This document shows, piece after piece, positions 28,626 to 37,310 of a stretch of DNA of 64,000 nt; the first letter of the stretch is position 1; every line of letters starts with the position of its first letter. This DNA comes from Candidatus Rokuibacteriota bacterium (GTDB lineage Bacteria > Methylomirabilota > Methylomirabilia > Rokubacteriales > CSP1-6). Location: the NCBI GenBank assembly GCA_003221695.1, contig QHSX01000041.1, positions 93,486 through 157,485 on the forward strand, read 5' to 3'. The notes beneath the pieces were generated by a model, which saw nothing but the letters and a program-made list of their open reading frames with translations, was not told the DNA's origin and ran no database searches. The translations under genes and the position numbers were made by a program.

Positions 28626-29381
28626 TCAGGCGATCTTGATGATCCCCGGCTCGACCGGCTTGAACCGGTCGGCGACCAACGGATCGTGGCCCGCGACGAT
28701 CAGCCGCTCGGCGCCGGCGAGGGCGTGGATCGTCTCGAAGGCCGCGAGCATCTCGGGCAGGCTCGTGACGATCTGGACGGGCTGGCGCGTCTCCACGTTG
28801 CGGTAGAAGTGCGCGGCATCGGAGGTGAGCACGACCGTCCCGCGTCGGGTCTGGACCGTGACGATCTGGAGCCCCGCGGTGTGGCCGCCGACGCGATGGA
28901 CGCCGATCCCGGGGAGCACCTGGCGGTCGCCGTCGATGATCCGGACGCGGTTCGCATAGGTCAGCGTCACCAGCCGCGCGAGCGCCCCGACGTTCGCCGA
29001 TTGGCGGAACGCCGGCGCGTGGCCGTACGGCCCAGTCCAGAAGGCCACCTCGTCCTGCTGGATCCAGTACTCCGCGCCGGGGAACAGACTGTGCCCGGCC
29101 CAGTGGTCGTAGTGGAGGTGCGTGATGAGCGCCACGGGCACGTCCGCCGGCTTCACGCCCGCGCGCTCGACCATCGCCGCCGGGCTCACGTAGCCCCGGA
29201 TCCCGCGCTCCCGCGCGTCGTCGTCGAGGAACCCGGTGTCCACGAGGATCGGATGAGCGCCACCGAGGATCAGCCAGACGTAGTAGTGGAGCGTGATCGG
29301 CTCGTGCGACGCCTCGCGGTAGAAGAACTGGCAGGCCGTCGTGTCCCGCTCTCCGTACTTGAGCGCGTACACCTCGTACAT
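28626..29381 (-). CDS. MBL-fold metallo-hydrolase (N-acyl-homoserine-lactonase-like)
   Basis: Metal-binding motif HLHYDHWAGH plus downstream H and D ligands, and a size typical of AiiA-like lactonases. Confidence 0.7.
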   Translation of the reverse strand: MYEVYALKYGERDTTACQFFYREASHEPITLHYYVWLILGGAHPILVDTGFLDDDARERGIRGYVSPAAMVERAGVKPADVPVALITHLHYDHWAGHSLFPGAEYWIQQDEVAFWTGPYGHAPAFRQSANVGALARLVTLTYANRVRIIDGDRQVLPGIGVHRVGGHTAGLQIVTVQTRRGTVVLTSDAAHFYRNVETRQPVQIVTSLPEMLAAFETIHALAGAERLIVAGHDPLVADRFKPVEPGIIKIA

Positions 29382-29467
29382 GGGTCACCTCGCTCGCGTG
29401 GTCGTCCTTCGTCCGGCTCGATTGTATGGCAAGCTGTGGCAGCCCAACACGAGGGGGTCGACGGCTC

Positions 29468-30271
29468 ATGAGCGGACGACTGAGCGGCAAAATCGCGATC
29501 GTGACCGGCGCCGGTTCGCGGGGCCCCGGCCTCGGGAACGGCAAGGCGACCGCCCTGCTCTTCGCCCGGGAGGGGGCGAAGGTCCTGTGCGCCGATCAGA
29601 TGAAGGAGCGCGCCGAGGAGACCGTCGGGTTGATCCGGGGCGCTGGGGGTGAGGCGTTCGCATTCACCGCCGATGTGACACGTGCCGCCGAGTGCCGGGC
29701 GATGGTCAAGATCGCGGTCGAGCGCTGGGGGGGCCTCGACATCCTCCACAACAACGTCGGCATCGAGTCGCGCAAGGATCTCCTCGAGACGCCGGAAGAC
29801 GAGTGGGACCGCGTGATGGCCGTCGACCTCAAGTCCATGTTCCTCGCCACGCAGGCGGCGGTGCCGGCGATGCTGAGCCGCGGCGGTGGCGCGGTCGTCT
29901 GCGTTTCCTCCATCGCGGCGCTGCGGGGCCACGGACGCACCGCGTACGCCACGGCGAAGGCCGGCGTCATCGGGTTCGTCCGCTCCATCGCGGTCCAGCT
30001 CGGTCCCAAGGCCATTCGCGTCAACGCCATCGCGCCGGGTCCCGTGTGGACGCCGATGGTGGAGGACCTCGGTCCCGACGCCCGCGAGCGCCGGCGGCGC
30101 GCCAGTCCCCTCGGCACCGAGGGGACCGGCTGGGATGTGGCCTGGGGCGCCGTCTACCTCGCGAGCGACGAGGCGCGCTGGGTCACGGGCCAGACACTCA
30201 TCATCGACGCCGGGCTCACGCTGACGACCCGCGAGGGTTCGCTCGGCTTGCCGTCGCCAGGAGGTCCGTGA
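29468..30271 (+). CDS. SDR-family oxidoreductase
   Basis: TGAGSRGPGLG cofactor motif variant, NNAG, and the catalytic S...YxxxK (YATAKAGV). Confidence 0.85.
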   Translation: MSGRLSGKIAIVTGAGSRGPGLGNGKATALLFAREGAKVLCADQMKERAEETVGLIRGAGGEAFAFTADVTRAAECRAMVKIAVERWGGLDILHNNVGIESRKDLLETPEDEWDRVMAVDLKSMFLATQAAVPAMLSRGGGAVVCVSSIAALRGHGRTAYATAKAGVIGFVRSIAVQLGPKAIRVNAIAPGPVWTPMVEDLGPDARERRRRASPLGTEGTGWDVAWGAVYLASDEARWVTGQTLIIDAGLTLTTREGSLGLPSPGGP

Positions 30272-30308
30272 GCGGAGAGAGCCGGAGAGAAAGGAGCGAG
30301 ACCAGGTC

Positions 30309-31238
30309 ATGAAGATCGGGTTCATCGGCCTCGGCACCATGGGGCGTCATATGGCGTCCAACCTGATCCGGGCGGGCCACGCGCTGGTGGTCCACGACGT
30401 GCGACGGGAGGCGGCGGCACCCCACCGCGACGCGGGCGCCGGCTGGGCCGACACGCCCCGCGCGGTGGCGGAGGCGACCGACGTGGTATTCACGTCGCTG
30501 CCCGGGCCTCCCGAGGTCGAGGCGGTCGCGCTCGGCGAGCAGGGGCTTCTCACAGGGCTCGCGCCGGGCAAGGTCTACTTCGATCTGACGACCAACGCGC
30601 CCGCCCTCGTCCGCCGGATCCACGCGGGCTTCACGGCGCGGGGGATCCATATGCTGGACGCTCCGGTGAGCGGCGGCCCGCGCGGGGCCGAGACGCGGCG
30701 GCTCGCCCTCTGGGTCGGGGGCGACGAGGCCGTCTTCAAGCGCTACAAGGCGGTGCTCGATGCCATCGGTGATCAGCCCTACTATGTCGGGCCGATCGGC
30801 GCGGGCTCGATCGCGAAGCTCGTCCACAACTGCGCGGGCTATGTCATCCAGACCGCGCTGGCCGAGGTCTTCACGTTGGGAGTCAAGGCGGGTGTCGATC
30901 CGCTCGCGCTGTGGAAGGCCGTCCGCCAGGGCGCGGGCGGGCGACGCCGCACGTTCGACGGCCTGGCCGAGCAGTTCCTACCGGGTCGGTTCGAGCCGGC
31001 GGCGTTCGCGCTGCGCCTGGCGCACAAGGACGTCACCCTGGCGGTCGGCCTCGCCCGCGAGCATCGAGTGCCGATGCGGCTCGCCACGATCACGCTCGAG
31101 GAGCTCACCGAGGCGCTCAACCGTGGCTGGGGCGAGCGCGACTCGCGGGTTGCGATGCTCCTTCAGGAGGAGCGCGCCGGTGTCGAGATTCGCGTGCCCG
31201 ACGCCGCGATCCGTCAAGCGCTCGAGCTCGGGGGATGA
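30309..31238 (+). CDS. NAD(P)-dependent 3-hydroxyisobutyrate/2-hydroxy-3-oxopropionate reductase-family dehydrogenase
   Basis: N-terminal GFIGLGTMG Rossmann motif and conserved DAPVSGG and KLVHN motifs of the HIBADH family. Confidence 0.85.
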   Translation: MKIGFIGLGTMGRHMASNLIRAGHALVVHDVRREAAAPHRDAGAGWADTPRAVAEATDVVFTSLPGPPEVEAVALGEQGLLTGLAPGKVYFDLTTNAPALVRRIHAGFTARGIHMLDAPVSGGPRGAETRRLALWVGGDEAVFKRYKAVLDAIGDQPYYVGPIGAGSIAKLVHNCAGYVIQTALAEVFTLGVKAGVDPLALWKAVRQGAGGRRRTFDGLAEQFLPGRFEPAAFALRLAHKDVTLAVGLAREHRVPMRLATITLEELTEALNRGWGERDSRVAMLLQEERAGVEIRVPDAAIRQALELGG

Positions 31239-31257
31239 AGACCGCGCGGGGGGCGCG

Positions 31258-31455
31258 CTACCTCACCCTCCGCCTCGTGAGGTACTGACGGAGCGCCGTG
31301 TCCACGAGCTCGTGGAGGGGTAGGCCATTCTCCACCGCGCAGCGAACGATGCGGCGTTTGACCGTGGAGTCGACCCACACGTGCATCCGCCGACTCAGTG
31401 GATTCGCCGGTCTGCCGACTCGCCGTTTCTCGTCCGTCATCGCCAGCAATCTCAT
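31258..31455 (-). CDS. ribbon-helix-helix (CopG-like) small DNA-binding protein
   Basis: 65 aa from the internal Met. A beta-strand (RMHVWVD) is followed by two helices (STVKRRIVRCAVENG / LPLHELVDTALRQYL), typical of RHH proteins. No partner toxin gene is adjacent. Confidence 0.4.
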   Translation of the reverse strand: MRLLAMTDEKRRVGRPANPLSRRMHVWVDSTVKRRIVRCAVENGLPLHELVDTALRQYLTRRRVR

Positions 31456-31658
31456 CGAGGGCCTCCCTAGGAATTGATTTTGCGAATATTGGCCCCCGCC
31501 GCCAGGGCGGGCAATCGGGTGAATACCGGAAAATGGCGGGAGGGAAATACCGGAAATGCCCCGTCCGGCGGGGCGCCGAGCCCCTCTCGAGCGCTCGGGA
31601 GTCCCGCGGGAGGGCACCGATCTGTGCCGGTGCCGGTCTGTGCTATTGTCGCGGTCGC

Positions 31659-32660
31659 ATGCGGACGGTACGGATCGAGGAGCGCGATCTGGGCAAGACG
31701 GGGCTACGGGTGTCCGCCCTCGGGTTCGGCTGCGGAAACGTCGGCGGGCTGATGATCCGCGGCAGTGTCGCCGAGCGCGAGCGCGCCGTCGCGCGCGCCG
31801 TGGAGCTGGGGGTCAACTACTTCGACACCGCCCCCTCGTACGGCGACGGCCAGTCGGAGCTGAATCTCGGGACCGCGCTGAAGGCGGTTCGGGCGCCCGT
31901 CTACGTCGGCACGAAGTTCCGGCTGGACGCGGCGGACCTGCGTGACGCGCGTCGCGCGATCGGTCGCTCGCTCGACGCCAGCCTCCAGCGTCTCGGCCGG
32001 GAGCGCGTCGATCTCCTCCAGCTACACAACCCCCTTGCCGAGCGCCGCGCCGAGAGCGCGCTCGCCGTGGGCGACGTCATCGCCGAGGTGGTCCCGGCGC
32101 TCCTGGCTCTCCAGGCGCAGGGCAAGACGCGCTTCTGGGGCATCACGGCGCTCGGCGACACGCCCGCACTGCACCGGCTCGTCGGCGCGGCGCCGCTCGA
32201 CACCGCGCAGGTCTGCTACAACCTGCTCAACCCCAGCGCCGGCCTCGAGGTCCCCTCGGGCTTCCCCGCCCAGGACTTCCGGCGCCTGCTCGGCGCGGCG
32301 CAGGAGCGACGTGTCGGCGTCATCGTGATCCGCGTGCTCGCCGCCGGCGCGCTGAGCGGTGTGACGACGCGTCATCCCGTTGCGGTGCCGAAGGTGGATC
32401 CGATCGCCACGGGGCCGGACTACGCGAGCGACGTCGAGCGGGCCCAGCCGCTGCGGACGCTCGTCACGGACGGCCACGTCGAGAGCCTCGTCGAGGCCTC
32501 GCTCAGGTTTCCCCTGAGCAACCCGGCCGTCTCCACCGTGCTGCTCGGCTACTCGAGCCTGGCGCACCTCGAGACCGCGGCCGCCGCCGTCGCCAAGGGC
32601 CCGCTGCCCGCCAGGGCGCTCGACCGGCTGACCGCCGTGTGGGCGCTATCTGGACGCTGA
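31659..32660 (+). CDS. aldo/keto reductase
   Basis: Trimmed to the ATG at 31659. Motifs LGFGCGNVGG, NYFDTAPSYGDGQSE and LLQLHNP are typical of the AKR11-14 families. Confidence 0.85.
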   Translation: MRTVRIEERDLGKTGLRVSALGFGCGNVGGLMIRGSVAERERAVARAVELGVNYFDTAPSYGDGQSELNLGTALKAVRAPVYVGTKFRLDAADLRDARRAIGRSLDASLQRLGRERVDLLQLHNPLAERRAESALAVGDVIAEVVPALLALQAQGKTRFWGITALGDTPALHRLVGAAPLDTAQVCYNLLNPSAGLEVPSGFPAQDFRRLLGAAQERRVGVIVIRVLAAGALSGVTTRHPVAVPKVDPIATGPDYASDVERAQPLRTLVTDGHVESLVEASLRFPLSNPAVSTVLLGYSSLAHLETAAAAVAKGPLPARALDRLTAVWALSGR

Positions 32661-33151
32661 CCAAAGGTCGGCCAGTAGCGGCACACCTGGGCGTGGGCGA
32701 GGATGGTGGGCGTCAAATCGTTGCCGCAAAGTGGGCAGCGGAACACATCGGGATCCGCGCGCGGAATCCAGCGGAGCTGATAGGTGTTCTGACACTGCTG
32801 GCAGGGGACGACGTGATGGCCACAACAGAGAAACAGGATCGCCTGTGCCTTAGGGTCGAGGAAGTCGATGTGCGCCAGGGCACGGGGGACCACGATCCAC
32901 CTCCCGGCCTGGAGTTCCGCGTCCATGTCGGCGCGCTGCCGCCGATCGGCGCGGCGTCGCTCCAATCCGTGACCGTTGGCTATGGCCCGTCGCTCTCTGG
33001 ACCGGCGATCGGGGATCACGCGCACGTTCGCGGCGTCGCCGAAAGCGTGGCTGAGCGACCGGCACAGCTCCAGCTTGGCCCTGGGGACGATGATGATGAG
33101 GGACTGCTCGGCGTTCCCTACGGCGATTTCGGAACCCGCGTCACCCTGCAT
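32549..33151 (-). CDS. hypothetical protein with C-rich zinc-ribbon-like segment; 3' end overlaps the AKR gene convergently (extent uncertain)
   Basis: The N-terminal motif SLIIIVPRAKLELCRSLSHAFGDAANVRVIPDRRSRERR is paralogous to the N-terminus of the divergent neighbour at 33286. CCGHHVVPCQQCQ...FRCPLCGN is a zinc-ribbon-like segment. The last ~110 nt overlap the AKR 3' end and may be non-coding. Confidence 0.35.
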   Translation of the reverse strand: MQGDAGSEIAVGNAEQSLIIIVPRAKLELCRSLSHAFGDAANVRVIPDRRSRERRAIANGHGLERRRADRRQRADMDAELQAGRWIVVPRALAHIDFLDPKAQAILFLCCGHHVVPCQQCQNTYQLRWIPRADPDVFRCPLCGNDLTPTILAHAQVCRYWPTFGQRPDSAHTAVSRSSALAGSGPLATAAAAVSRCARLE

Positions 33152-33285
33152 ACCCCGCCTCCCTGTTGCGGATCTCCAGCTTACTCGCGCGTCCTTGAGA
33201 ACGAAACTTTTTCGTGCGCGTCTGGACCGCTGTGGAACCGGTTGAAAAGCATGGCGAAGACGCCATACCCGGATGGGGGATCTTC

Positions 33286-33807
33286 ATGACGCCACGAAGT
33301 CCCGTCCTTACGGTGGCTCCCGAGTTCCTCGTGATCGTGGCCGCGGACCGCTCGGACCTCTTCCCTCGGATTCGCCGCCAGTTCCTCGACGATCCGCGCG
33401 TACACGTGATCCTCGACCGACGCCAGTGGGAGCGAGGCCACCGGGCGCGGAACCAGTCGGCCGATCGGCGGCCGGCTGATCAGCGGCGTGCGCCTGATTA
33501 CTGGGAAGACCCTCGGTACCACCCCGTGGTGTTGGTTCCCACTGCCCGACGGGCTCCGGCCTCTCGCGTCCGCGCCACCCCCACCTCGGCGACTACAGGG
33601 GGCCGGACGGAAGCGACCGAGTTCGACCAGCTCTGCCGTTGGGTCGGCACCGGCCAGGAACTGCTCGCCCGCATCGGATCGTGGGTCGAAACCGTGGAGG
33701 CGTTCCAGCGAGAGGCGCGAGAGCTCCGCCGCAGCCTCGAGGAACGCGACGACGCGCTGTTGAAACTCCAGGCGGAGGTGGAGCGCCTGACACGGGTACG
33801 AGGCTAG
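33286..33807 (+). CDS. hypothetical protein (N-terminal domain paralogous to 32549..33151; C-terminal coiled coil)
   Basis: Start at the internal Met (MTPRSPVLTVAPEFLVIVAADRSDLFPRIRRQFLDDPRVHVILDRRQWERG). Shares an xIVxxxxxL...F.D..V.VIxDRRxxER pattern with the divergent gene. The C-terminus is helical (ELRRSLEERDDALLKLQAEVERL). Confidence 0.4.
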   Translation: MTPRSPVLTVAPEFLVIVAADRSDLFPRIRRQFLDDPRVHVILDRRQWERGHRARNQSADRRPADQRRAPDYWEDPRYHPVVLVPTARRAPASRVRATPTSATTGGRTEATEFDQLCRWVGTGQELLARIGSWVETVEAFQREARELRRSLEERDDALLKLQAEVERLTRVRG

Positions 33808-33967
33808 GCCCGTTGACATGCGCGCGGCAGCCCGATAGACTTCTACTTCGTGGGAACGAAGTCGGACAACCGTCCGGTGTTTCGGCTTCCCGGCCGCGGC
33901 GTCTTCTGACCGCCGTCGCGGCTTCGTAGTCCATTCCAGTCGCAGCCCGAGGCGTCATCGCGTTCGA

Positions 33968-35551
33968 GTGATGATCGCGCAAACGTTCCGCAGCGCCCGG
34001 ATCATGATCGTCGACGACGAGCCGGCGATGGTGCGTCTGCTGGAGCAGCTCCTCGAGCGCGCCGGCTATACCCACCTCTGCGGCACCTCGGACCCGCGCG
34101 AGGTGCCGACACGCTACAGAGAGTTCGGGCCCGATCTGATCTTGCTGGATCTGCGGATGCCCCACCTCGACGGCGTGCAGGTCCTCGAGCGGCTCAAGCG
34201 GGAGACGGGGACGGAGACCTATCTGCCGGTCCTCCTGCTGACCGCCGACGCCGCGCCCGAGAGCAGGCGTCGCGCGCTCACGGCCGGCGCGAGCGATTTC
34301 GTGACGAAGCCCTTCGACCGGATCGAGCTGCTCCTCCGCGTCGACAACCTGCTCGCGATGCGGTTCCTGCACCGGGAGCTTCGACGCCAGAACGAGGACC
34401 TCGAAGCGCAGGTTCGAGAACGCACGCATCAGCTCCTCCAGACGGAAAAGCTCGCGACGATGGGGAACCTCTTGGCCGGCGTCGCGCACGAGCTCAACAG
34501 CCCGCTGTCCGTGATCCTGGGGCACGTCGCCCTGTTCGCGGCCTCGGCCGCCGACGACGGCGCCCGGGCACGGGCGCAGGGCATCGGCGACGCCGCGGAA
34601 CGGTGTGTGCGCATCGTGCGGAGCTTTCTGACGATGGCCCGGCGCCACCCGCCCGAGCGCGCGCACGTGTCGGTGAATCAGGTCCTCAAGGACGCCGTGG
34701 AGCTGCTCGCGTACGAGCTCCGGGTCGCCAACGTCGACGTCCGCGTCGATCTCCCGGATGACCTGCCCCTCGTCTGGGCCGACGGCCACCAGCTGCGGCA
34801 GGTCGCCGTGAATCTCATCGCCAACGCCCGTCAGGCGATGCTGGACACCCCTCCGCCTCGCCGGCTGACCCTCGCGGCGCGCTCTGACGACTCGAGTCGG
34901 AGCGTGCGCGTCGAGATCGCCGACACCGGCCCGGGCATCCCGCAGGAGATCCAGGCTCGGATCTTCGAGCCGTTCTTCACCACCAAGTCCGAAGGCGAGG
35001 GGACGGGGCTGGGCCTCGCGTTGACACGCGGCATCATCGAGGGGCACGGGGGCACGATCCGCGTCGAGAACCGCCGGGGACACGGGGCCTGCTTCCTCAT
35101 CGAATTGCCGGTGGGAGCGCCCCCGGTCGGCAGCGACGCCCCCGGGACGCTCGACGCCGCGGCACCGGTGGTGGGCAAGGCCATCCTGGTGGTCGACGAC
35201 GAGCCGGCCGTCGCCTCGATCCTGGCCGAGGCGTTGACACGCGACGGCTACACGGTCGATACCGCCCTGAACGGCGCTCTGGCGCTCGAGAAGCTCGAGG
35301 CGCAGCCCTACGACCTGATCATCAGCGACAGCGGCATGCCCGTGATGAACGGCCTCGAGCTCTACCGCGAAGTGGAACGGCGCGAGCCGCGCCTGGCCCG
35401 ACGGTTCGTCTTCGTGACCGGCGACATCCTCAATCCGAGGACCCGGGAGTTCCTCGAACGGATCGGAGCGCCGCGGCTCGAGAAGCCGTTCACGCTCGAC
35501 GGCGTCAAGCGGGTGGTTCGACGCGCCCTCCTGGCTCACGAACCCGGTTAG
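33968..35551 (+). CDS. hybrid sensor histidine kinase / response regulator (REC-HisKA-HATPase_c-REC)
   Basis: N-terminal receiver (IMIVDDEP...DLILLDLRMP), an H-box (LAGVAHELNSPL), N/G1/G2 boxes (NLIANARQAM, DTGPGIP, GTGLGLAL) and a C-terminal receiver (ILVVDDEP...DLIISDSGMP). Confidence 0.85.
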   Translation: MMIAQTFRSARIMIVDDEPAMVRLLEQLLERAGYTHLCGTSDPREVPTRYREFGPDLILLDLRMPHLDGVQVLERLKRETGTETYLPVLLLTADAAPESRRRALTAGASDFVTKPFDRIELLLRVDNLLAMRFLHRELRRQNEDLEAQVRERTHQLLQTEKLATMGNLLAGVAHELNSPLSVILGHVALFAASAADDGARARAQGIGDAAERCVRIVRSFLTMARRHPPERAHVSVNQVLKDAVELLAYELRVANVDVRVDLPDDLPLVWADGHQLRQVAVNLIANARQAMLDTPPPRRLTLAARSDDSSRSVRVEIADTGPGIPQEIQARIFEPFFTTKSEGEGTGLGLALTRGIIEGHGGTIRVENRRGHGACFLIELPVGAPPVGSDAPGTLDAAAPVVGKAILVVDDEPAVASILAEALTRDGYTVDTALNGALALEKLEAQPYDLIISDSGMPVMNGLELYREVERREPRLARRFVFVTGDILNPRTREFLERIGAPRLEKPFTLDGVKRVVRRALLAHEPG

Positions 35552-35561
35552 GCCTGCTCGA

Positions 35562-36029
35562 TCACGCCCCCGTCAGGCTCCGGAGCAGGTCGAGGACGCG
35601 GAGGATCTCGCCGCCGCTCCGGACCATGTGACGGTCGCCGGCCTGACCCCACCTGAGGAGCCCGTCGCGGTCGATGACGAACGTCGCGCGATAGGCCACG
35701 TTCCGCTCCTCGTCCCACACGCCGTACGCGCGCATCACCGTCCGATGGACGTCGCTCAAGAGCGCGAACGGGTGCGCGTGTCGCCGATGGAACTCCGCCT
35801 GTGAGAAGGGGCTGTCGCCACTGATCGCAAGGACGACGGCCCCGCGTCGCTCCACCTCCGCGGCGACCCCGCCGAGGTCGCTCAGCTCCGGCGTTCAGAT
35901 CCGGCCCCAGTCGTAGCAGTAGAAGAGCAGCACGACGTGGGCCGTCCCTTTGAAGTCCGAGAGCGCGACGGTGCGGCCGCTCGTCGACGGCAGGGAGAAG
36001 GCGGGCGCCGGGTGCCCGTAGCGGAGCAT
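35562..36029 (-). CDS. peroxiredoxin-like (AhpC/TSA/Bcp fold) selenoprotein; in-frame TGA at 35895..35897 at the peroxidatic position
   Basis: ATG at 36029 (preceded by AGGGG) opens [44 protein letters not shown]-[TGA]-TPELSDLGG..., and the frame continues uninterrupted into the track ORF 35562..35855, which has the Prx C-terminal pattern ([15 protein letters not shown]...LLSD...[10 protein letters not shown]). The TGA aligns with the Prx peroxidatic Cys (FYPxDFTFVCPTE). Confidence 0.65.
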
Positions 36030-36041
36030 CACGCCCCTTCC

Positions 36042-37268
36042 TCACTTCGAGATTTTGACCAACGTCACGGCATCGACCAAGCTGTTCGCCAAGAGGAAGT
36101 CGCCGTCCCGCGTGACCGAGGTGTTGCGCACGATGTTGCCGCCACCCGGGATCGTCCAACTCTGAAATTTGGCGGTCTTGGGATCGAAGCGCACGACCAT
36201 ATTCGGGGTCGACCCGGATTCGCTGTACCAGATGATGTCGTTGATCGCCGAGATGCCGTAAGGCTCGGACTTCGGCCCGCTCGGAGACGGCCACTCGGTC
36301 ACCTTGCCGGTTGCGGGATCGAGCCGACCCAGATAACCGCGCGAGAAGTCGCTGTACCAGACGATGTCGTCGCTGGTGATTGCGATGCGCCGTGGGCGGG
36401 AGGCAGAATCCGGCAATGGGTACTCACGAAATTCCAGCGTCTTGGGATCGACGCTTGCCACCTTATTGGTACCGAACAGAACGATGAAAACCGTGCCCTT
36501 CGAGTTCACCGCCATGCCGTAGGGGCGCGCCTTTGGCGTCGGCAGCGTGAGCAGCTTGATCTCGCCGGTCTTCGGGTCGAGCCGACCCACCCGGTTAGCA
36601 TTCTGCGCTGTGAACCACAGGATTCCGCTCTGGTCGAAGATCAGCGTGTGCGGATCCTTCACGTCCGGGTCCGGCATCTTATACTCGGTGACCGCACCCG
36701 TCTTCGGTTCGAGCTTGCCGATCAAGGCTCCGGTGTTTCCGGTGTACCAGATGTTGCCGTCCTTATCCTCGTCCAGACCATGCGGTCCGGAGTGAGGCGT
36801 CTTGAGTGGATATTCCTGGATACCGCCGGTCCTCGGATCGAGCCGGCCCAAGACATTGGCCATCTGGCCCGTGTACCAGAGCGATCCGTCCCTCGTCGCC
36901 AAAGGGTCGTGCGGCCGCGAGCCTGGCGTGGGCACCCGCCACGCCTTGATCGAGACCTTGGCGGGCCCCGGGACCACCACGCCGGTAGGCTTCCCTTTTT
37001 CCGGGAAGTTCTTGGTCAAGTACTCCGTGATCGTGGCGACCTGATCCGCCGGCACGTTCACTCCGTGATTGGCCATCATCCGCATAACGGTGCGCCAGCC
37101 CTCGGCCGTGTATCCGCCGCCGAGGCGCGCGTAGAAGGGGTGGCAGCTATTGCAGAGGGCTGCGACCATTTCCTTGCCCTTTCCCTCGGGCAACTCCTGG
37201 CTCGAGGCCGGGAGTGCCCCGCACAGCAGAGCGGCTGCCATCAAAGACGGAAGTGATTTTTTCGACAT
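36042..37268 (-). CDS. secreted mono-heme cytochrome c fused to a beta-propeller (Vgb/NHL-like repeats)
   Basis: Signal peptide, then a heme site CNSCH with a distal Met region. Repeated roughly 40-aa blades follow (G.L.R.DP.TG....Y.LP, IWYT/ILWF/IVWYS). Codon usage is noticeably less GC-biased (many AAG/AAA). Confidence 0.7.
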   Translation of the reverse strand: MSKKSLPSLMAAALLCGALPASSQELPEGKGKEMVAALCNSCHPFYARLGGGYTAEGWRTVMRMMANHGVNVPADQVATITEYLTKNFPEKGKPTGVVVPGPAKVSIKAWRVPTPGSRPHDPLATRDGSLWYTGQMANVLGRLDPRTGGIQEYPLKTPHSGPHGLDEDKDGNIWYTGNTGALIGKLEPKTGAVTEYKMPDPDVKDPHTLIFDQSGILWFTAQNANRVGRLDPKTGEIKLLTLPTPKARPYGMAVNSKGTVFIVLFGTNKVASVDPKTLEFREYPLPDSASRPRRIAITSDDIVWYSDFSRGYLGRLDPATGKVTEWPSPSGPKSEPYGISAINDIIWYSESGSTPNMVVRFDPKTAKFQSWTIPGGGNIVRNTSVTRDGDFLLANSLVDAVTLVKISK

Positions 37269-37310
37269 AGTGCCTCCCTTGTAAGACCTCGGTGGCCGCG
37301 CGTCAACCCC

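Noticed and set aside
33593-35539. 648-aa ORF antisense to the hybrid histidine kinase
   Set aside because: The plus-strand frame encodes a textbook REC-HisKA-HATPase-REC protein. The antisense product is Arg/Gly/Val-rich with no motifs.
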